Source: the human T2T-CHM13v2.0 reference genome, Homo sapiens. Taken from it: DNA of 64,000 nt. The notes below the pieces were generated by a model. The model was given only the letters and a program-made list of their open reading frames with translations. It was not told the origin of the DNA and did not search any database. Made by a program: the position numbers and the translations under genes. Shown here piece by piece: positions 56,041 through 64,000 of the stretch (positions are counted from its first letter, which is position 1; each line of letters starts with the position of its first letter). Where the stretch lies: assembly GCF_009914755.1 (NCBI RefSeq), contig NC_060945.1, one strand, 5' to 3'.

Positions 56041-56561
56041 CTGACCTGAACAATGGTAATAAAAAGTGGCAGAAAGTTTACTGTTAGAATTTAAGTACAA
56101 GACTGGTGGTAACAAAATCAAAAACAAAAACCAACAAACAAAAGCTCAACAACAGCAGTAGCTAACTCAACAGAAACAATTGGACAAAAGCTGCACCACT
56201 AGTTGTGATAAAAGAATCAAGACTGTTAGTGATAATGGCAGATTATCACCGCACTGTGATACTGTTGGCTGCACTGTGTATTAAAACATCCATAGTAATT
56301 TAATGTCAGTGGAGTGAGTGGCACCAGATGTGATCAGTGCAAATGGAGGCATTGGCCACAGTACAGTTGCATTAAAAATAATCTAAACAGGACCAGCATC
56401 AAGGGTCATACAACAGTGAAGCACTAGACTAGAAGAGAGGGTATTAAAGACTCAAGTGATGTTGGATTGGAGACATCCTAGATGTCATGGTTTAAAGGCA
56501 CAAGGCAAATTTTGAAGAAGGAAGTAGTAGGGGGAAGACACTGAATCAGAAGATATATTTA

Positions 56562-56726
56562 GGTAATATTATTAAATATAAAGTTATATTTATAAGATGT
56601 AATATGTAATATATTATGTTTATATATTAAATCAATATATGATGCATATTATATATATTAACATTTCATATAATATAATGTATATGTGATATAACATAAA
56701 TATATTATAATATATGTATAGTATAT
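56562..56726. repeat. AT-rich low-complexity tract
   Basis: Degenerate (TA)n. Confidence 0.85.
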
Positions 56727-56903
56727 GTTTGCCTGTATCTTAGAATTATAAATTTCCTCCCAGCATAAGAAAATAATTTACAGAAAAGTCTTTGCATTTT
56801 CCATACACATTAGAGAAGTTGAACTCCCTTAGCCAGTGTGATGCTAATTAGGTTCCCATAGATAATGCATATATTCTAAAATTATGTTTAAGAAACATCT
56901 TTT

Positions 56904-57233
<330 letters not shown>

Positions 57234-57321
57234 AACACCTTTCATTTATTCCAAGATGTTGAAAAGAAACTTAAGCCTTTCTCTGTGAATTCATCTATTT
57301 GCTCACGTTATGTTTGTTATT

Positions 57322-57915
57322 ATTTTTTACCGACTTTACTTTTTAGAGGTGTTTTAGGTCACAGCAAAATTGAGAGAAAGGTACAGAGATTTCTTATATA
57401 CCGTCTAACCCCACCTCCCACACATATGCATAGCCTCCACTATTATGCATATGCATCACCAAAGTGGCACATTAGCTGCAATTGATAAACTTACATTGAC
57501 ACATAGTAGTCACTACAAGTCCATAATTTACATTAGGGTTCACTCTTTGTGTTGTATATCATATGGGTTTGGACAAATGTATAATGATGTGCATGTACCA
57601 TTACAGTCTCAGATACTTTCACTGCCCTGAAAGTCCTCTGTGCTCTGCCTATTCATTTCTTTTCCAGTCTAATCCCTGGCAACCACCGATCTTTCCACTG
57701 TCTCTGTAGTTTTGCCTTTTCCAGAATGTGATATAGTTGGAATCATAACGTATACGGCCTTTTCAGATTATCTTATTTCACTTAGTAATATGCATTTAAG
57801 CTTCCTCTGTGTCTTTCATGGCTTGATAGTTCATTTGTTTTTAGTGCTGAATGATATTTTATTGTCTGAATATACCACAGTTAACTTATGTATTCACCTC
57901 CTGAAGGGGATTTGG
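57322..57915 (-). mobile_element. L1MC1/L1MD-like 3' end
   Basis: ttttaggtcacagcaaaattgagagaaaggtacagagattt...ttacattagggttcactctttgtgttgta. Confidence 0.88.
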
Positions 57916-58032
57916 ATATTTTTGATTGATGCGTAAGCTGTACATATTTGGGGGGTTACATTGTTAAATGTGTAGAATATGTTCAAAATAATAAGGTCAA
58001 TGCCAATAATATTTTGAGGATCTAAGTAATGG

Positions 58033-58081
58033 GATAGACAGAACATAGCATCGTGTGTGTGTGTGTGCGCGTGTGTGTGTG
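58033..58081 (+). repeat. Interrupted (GT)n/(GC) alternating purine-pyrimidine tract
   Basis: gtgtgtgtgtgtgtgcgcgtgtgtgtgtg. Confidence 0.85.
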
Positions 58082-60659
58082 CATGTATTTATGCAGCCTA
58101 AAACTAGTAGAATCGAGGTCATGCAATTATTATAAGTTATTTGTAGAAACGTGCAAGTGATAATGTTAAAAGTTAAAATTATCTAAATATACATGTATAT
58201 CATCCATAGAGAAGAATATTAACATCTCCTTTTTTGCAAAGATCTTACAGTTCAAAGGTACCACCGTTAAGAGTCTTGAACTATTGCTACCACCAAAATT
58301 AATTGCCTATTCATTTCTGTTGCATTAAATGTCTCCTGTTAACATTAACCTGATTCTGTCACCAACATTTTACATATTTATTTAAATACACCTGAGGAAA
58401 TATGCTGAATGTAATTTAGGGTCATGTGGCATAGGATATTCATTTATTTATTTTTCCCCCATAGTAAATCCTAAAGAAACAATTACTGGGTGGGTTATGT
58501 TTAAACTAAGTATAATAAATGTGCAAATTTCAAATGTTATGAAAGCTGAAAGCAAAGCTTCTATATTGTGGTAATAGCTCTAATGTGCCAGAATGACACA
58601 TGGAATATTGTGACAGAGTATAGAGCTGGCAGGTAATACAATTTCTCAAAGAATTTAGGTTACAAAGCCCTCTGCAAATCACGTATAAGTACTTAGTTCG
58701 GAATAATATTTATTCTGAATCAATATTTAAGCGATAAAATAAAACATTAATACACAAAGAGAGGTTAGGTAGTATTTTCACGTGAACAGTTAATGATCTT
58801 GGTACCCTCATGGCTTGGAGAAACGTCAAGCCCCAGAAATGTAATTATTTAATAATGACAAAGAAACTTTTAAAAATATGTTTTATTAAAAAAATCACAA
58901 GTTGAGTTACAGAAAGTTTAATGGATAATTAGACCCCATAACCTTTTCTGATATAGCCTACCTTAGGCATATACTCAAGTCTTTTGGAGAAAAGATTATA
59001 AACAAAAAGGCAAGTAATTTTTTCAACAGTTGCTCTTATTTTCCACCACCCTAAGCCCTTGGTCTGCGTGGAAAGGAGCTCATGTTTAGTTGCTGTTTGC
59101 TCTTTTCTTGGCTTTTCCTAGCAAAATAAGCTGTAATTTATGAAATCATTATAAAGTAATACAAATCTAAGAAATCATGATAGTTTGATCAGATCATTAG
59201 CTGAAGTATCAGAAGATAATTTATATCCCTGATATGGCCTCATATGCTTAAAAAGAAGAGAACCTGAATTATATGAATCTGGAGGTTAATTATTGGTTTC
59301 TGGGTGCATCACAAGGAAAGATTTGCTGAGGGTGAGAGGATATTGAGTAGTGACACTTTGATAGTGACACTGTGGATATTCAACATGTTCTTCAATGTTA
59401 AGTAGAATGTATTTTAACAACTTAAGGGTTTTTTGTTAACTTTTATTTTAGATTAATTTAAGTGAATATCCAAAAATGTTATTTCCCAATTCATCAACAG
59501 TAACTTAAGTATTTGGTAAAAGGAAATAACAGTAGAAAGATACTTGAATTGGCTATCAGAAGTCCTAGGTGCAAGTTAGTTGGCTCAGCTAACTCATACA
59601 CACTTTACTGAATTCACACTCCCAAAGTGCCTATATATAATTTCAGTAACTCTAGGTCTTCCGTGGCTTCATGGTCTGTGGCAAAACAAAAATTGCAGGG
59701 ACAATATAAATTTGGTAAATAGTATGTGAAAGGTTATATAGCCCCAAACTAGTTTATTAAACTAGTGTAAATCAGAATAGAGAAGAAATAGAGGATGAGA
59801 GAAAGTGAAGACAATTCTTGATTTAAAATATTATATTAATCTTACATTAGAAATTTCCCATCCTCCAGATTTTCCTCCACAGCTGTACTGCTTATACTCT
59901 TAATAGGATTCAGAACAGTTTTGTTTGTTTGTTGTTTGTTTTTTATTAGGGAATGTTTAACCCAGATATGAACTCAACTCACCCTATCATTTGAGATTAA
60001 ATGGAATTTGGATTTAACTCCCATCCCACATGCATTGGGTCTTATCAACAAATCTTTCAATCTTGCAGGAGTCTGGGGTATAGTTATATTTCCCCTATTT
60101 ACCTCTGACTTTGGATTCAAGAATAAGGAGACATAGAGCTTACTTGAACTTAACCTATCAGACACAACCCACTTAGCTCAACTTACACGTAGCCCTCAAG
60201 TAACACATTCAAGTAATCTGTGTTTGTTGTCATTTTCTAAGTTTTGGTGCCATTTCTTGCCACAGCAAAAAGTAAGAGAAAGTGAAACATTAAAAGCAGT
60301 GGAAATGCAGAAGTGCTTCTACTGGATATTTGTCTGGAAATATGTATAAATAATCAGAAAATCTAGATAGGGCTAAACAATTCATGGATAAAATCCAGAG
60401 AAATATTTGCTTTAGTACTCGGGTGTGTGTGAACATTAAAACCTAAAATGAAAGCAGTCCTCCAGTTGAGACAAACAACAGCAACAACAAAGAAAACCCC
60501 TCTGAGTACAGAGAGGAAGTTTCTAGATCTTTCTTCTAGACATTGCCTTGCCTACTGAGCATCATGACCCAAGCCAATCAGTGCACACTGATTGGTTAAT
60601 CAAATACACTCAATAATTTTGTTTGTAATCTGAGAAGAATACCATATACATATAAAATG

Positions 60660-60785
60660 TTATAATCTCTCTTTTCTATTCTGTGAAATTGGGATAATAT
60701 TATTAGCCTCATGGCTTTTGTAATGATCCAATAAGTTAATATTCCTATAACAGAATAAAATGTTAAAACATTTGTAATTGCTTTT
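60660..60785 (+). mobile_element. MIR fragment
   Basis: MIR core-like ctcttttctattctgtgaaattgggataatattattagcctcatggcttttgtaatgatccaataagttaat. Confidence 0.6.
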
Positions 60786-60809
60786 TTTTGAAGCAAAGTA
60801 GAACCATCA

Positions 60810-62205
60810 GTTCCTCACTCCCCATCTGCTTCTGCATCTCTTTCATCTCAACTAATGGCTATTCCTTCGTTCAAATTTCTCATGCCAAAATGGTGGCTGT
60901 CATCCTGGACTATTTTTTTTCTAGTCCACCTCTTGTCACAGGTCTATTGTCCTAACTCCACTTTCAATATATTCTCAGAATCACATCACTTCTTACAACT
61001 TCATAGCCACCAATCTGTTCTAAGCCACTGGCATCCCTCACCTAGGTTAACAAAATAGCCTCCTAACTGTTCTCCCTACTCCTTCCTTTACCCTCCTTTG
61101 TCTACTCTCAAGGAAACAATCAAAGTCACTCCAGTTCTTTTCTGGAAATTTTCCTGCCATCAGTGTCCTATCTCTTTAAGTTAACAGCCAGAGTTTTGAC
61201 CACGTTCTCCATGTTTTGATCTGGCCTCTGTAACTTGTCTGACTTCATTTCCTACTTTTCTTCATCTCTTTCACTCCACTCACTGCCATAGGCTTCACTG
61301 CTTCTTAAACAAGCTAGGCATGCTCTCAGCTGAGAGCCCTTTGCAAACGCTGTTCACTTTGTCTGAAAGGCTGTTGCCGGCATATAGTCCCAAGACCTCT
61401 TCCCTTTCTTTATTTTCCTCCGAAGTCCCCTTCCCAGTGAGGCCTTTCTGAAACACCATACCTAAAAATTATTCACCGCCCACACACACATATGCATAGA
61501 CTGCAAGCTCCTTTCAGTTTTTATTTTTCTACTATGCACTTATCACTATCTACCAAAGAATATCAGTGTTCCTCAGAGAAACATAACCAGTAAGATAAAT
61601 AGGTAGATAGATGATTGATTGATTGATAGATGGATAGATAGATAGATGATAGACAGATGATAGAGAAAGAGATAAATGTTTTAACGTCTCCTCCATATCT
61701 ATTATTTATTTTAAGAAATTTTCTCACGTGATTGTGAGAGGTGGCAAGTCTGAAATCCACAGAGCAGACTGAGAGGCTGAAAACTCAGACAGGAATTGAC
61801 GTTGTAATCTTGAGTCTGAAATGTAAAGGGCAGTCCGGCAGGCTGTATGTTCAATCATGATTTCAGTTGATTACAAGGTAATCAACTGATTGGATGAGAC
61901 CCATGTAATTTTCTTAAATTCAACTGATTGTAGATGTTAATCACATCTATAAAATAACTTCACAGAAAAAAAATCTTAACTAGTGTTTGAGCTAATAACT
62001 GGGCACCATAGCCTAGTCATAGTGACACATAAAATTTAACCATCGTACATAGTATATATTTTTCTTTTTTCAAACTCATATTTATTTTCTGTGTCTCTCA
62101 TTAAAAATCTATGTTCCATGAAGACAGGGGTTGTTGTCCGATTGTTTACTAAAGTTTTCTCACTGACCAGAACAGTGCCTGAGCACTCAGTAAATATTTG
62201 TTGAC
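60810..62205 (+). mobile_element. L2a 3' region, interrupted by an MLT2 LTR
   Basis: aatagcctcctaactgttctccctact...; ccccttcccagtgaggcctttctga; terminus agaacagtgcctgagcactcagtaaatatttgttga. Confidence 0.8.
61556..62047 (-). mobile_element. MLT2C/D-like ERVL solo LTR with internal (GATA/GATT)n
   Basis: tcctcagagaaacataaccagtaag...ggcaagtctgaaatcc...caactgattggatgagaccca...gtgacacataaaatttaaccatc. Confidence 0.88.
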
Positions 62206-62562
62206 CTTATTAATGCACTTGGGTTGGATTGTTGAGAGATGCTTAAAACTGATTTGGAGACCTTTGGCCCATCACCCACATCAAAATTGTAAGAGGTTCA
62301 AGAGTCTAAAATAGAAGGGAGTGTCTTTGGTTGGGTTGGGGGGTAGTTTATAGTGTGCTGTGCAGCTGACTCTATTAGAAAGGATAAATCTCTGGTTAGC
62401 ACAGCAGCCCAGTTGCTGAGAAGCAAGTTGTGAGCAGTGGCAGTGGAAGAGACTCCAGGAAATAGAAATCAGAGGTTGTGAGGGGAAGGGAAATCTAAAC
62501 AAAATCAAAAACAGAAACAAAACCCTCGAAAGTGCCTATGGAAGAAAAGAATCAACTCCAAT

Positions 62563-63287
62563 TGAGAGACGAGAAAGAAAGAAATCAGCTAGTTGATTTG
62601 CCAAGGGGAAGGTCCTTGGCAGAACTTCTCTTCTAACAAAAGGAAAGGAGCAGCGTAAAAGATCAAGCTGCAAGCATAGATAAGGGAAGCAAGACCCAGC
62701 ACCAAAGAGTGCCTTCTGTGTGATCAGCAAGTTTTATATACATACGGGGACCCCAGTGAGCACATTCTTATCTTTTTTTGGATATACTCAGATAAGGAGG
62801 CTTACACAGGAGGGCTTGCTTGGAACATGCCTGCAGCTGCACAGATAAGGAGAGTTACACTGGGACAGGCACATCCACAAGGGAAGATTCTGCCCGCTGC
62901 CCCCTAACACATGTGCAGTAAGGGAAATTGAGCAACATGGAGTAACTTAGGCTAAGATCCCCCATGTGCATTGGAAGGACTGGGTGGGGGCTGTCAGGAA
63001 TTTGCACCTTATGCAGATAACATACCCAGTCCTAACCGGGTTTTCTTGCCTTATGTAGATAAAGAATCCCCTCCCCACTAGCTCGTTTATAAAATTCTTG
63101 TATTTCACTGTAGGATGGCTACCCTTTTACGGGACCCCTCTCTATCTCAGAGAGCTTTCTCTCTTTCTTTCACTTATTAAACTTCTGTTCCAACTTCACC
63201 CTTGGTGTGTCCCTGTTCCTTGATTTCCTTGGTCGCAAGACCAAGAGCTTTGGGTAGTAGGCACCCCAGAAAACAAGGCCTGTTTCA
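62563..63287 (+). mobile_element. MER50-like ERV1 solo LTR, full length (725 bp)
   Basis: TG (tgagagacgagaaag)...(tgttt)CA; perfect 4-bp TSD caat 62559-62562 / 63288-63291; TATAAAA 63088-63094; ATTAAA 63176-63181. Confidence 0.88.
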
Positions 63288-63461
63288 CAATCACACACCT
63301 TGTCCTGATACCAGATGACAGTAACACTTGCCAACAACAAATTCTCCTTGCCGGTAATTACCTGTTCCCTAGCTCAAATCCTGGAAGGTTAGGGAAACTC
63401 ATAAATGTTTGGATAAAGAGGAAGTATAGCTAGGATAGGGTTCAGAAATTAGCCATATCGT

Positions 63462-63839
<378 letters not shown>

Positions 63840-64000
63840 TTATGTAAGAATTTTAATTATTTTATTTTACATTAGAATGGATATTTTAATTACTGACATG
63901 GATTGTTTGGGACTTAAAATACCTGGAGGAATGTTTATTTGTCAAGAGTGATTGAGAATGTTTTTACACCAGCCAAAATGTTCATCTAATGGCTTTGTAG

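Noticed and set aside
56100-56520. Unique-looking, GC-richer stretch considered as exon or processed pseudogene
   Set aside because: Frames I tried close quickly, with no recognisable protein, splice-site pair, poly(A) or TSD
62370-63420. Possible older LTR hosting the MER50
   Set aside because: Flanks look LTR-like but I cannot define termini or family with confidence

Overview
Primate, almost certainly human, AT-rich and CpG-poor non-coding DNA (AluY/S, L1PA/PB/MA/MC/ME, L2, L3/CR1, MaLR/ERV LTRs, hAT and mariner MITEs). I find no protein-coding gene, CpG island or convincing exon. Every ORF in the supplied track is Alu-derived, a broken L1 ORF1/ORF2 piece, low-complexity or random. All repeat subfamily names come from recalled consensus motifs, not from running RepeatMasker, and old-repeat boundaries are approximate. 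I cannot support a new biological system here. The best signals are mechanistic fossils: (1) a 5' U2 snRNA fragment fused in inverted orientation to an L1MA 3' tip inside one putative target-site duplication (TSD) and later split by an Alu (42.7-43.3 kb); (2) a 99%-identical 212-bp tandem duplication inside an old L1PB whose only two internal mismatches flank a non-consensus 12-bp hairpin (45.0-45.5 kb); (3) two twin-primed (5'-inverted) L1s with readable TSDs; (4) an intact MER50-like solo LTR with six GATA sites; (5) an almost abutting inverted Alu/FLAM pair inside a CR1 fossil.
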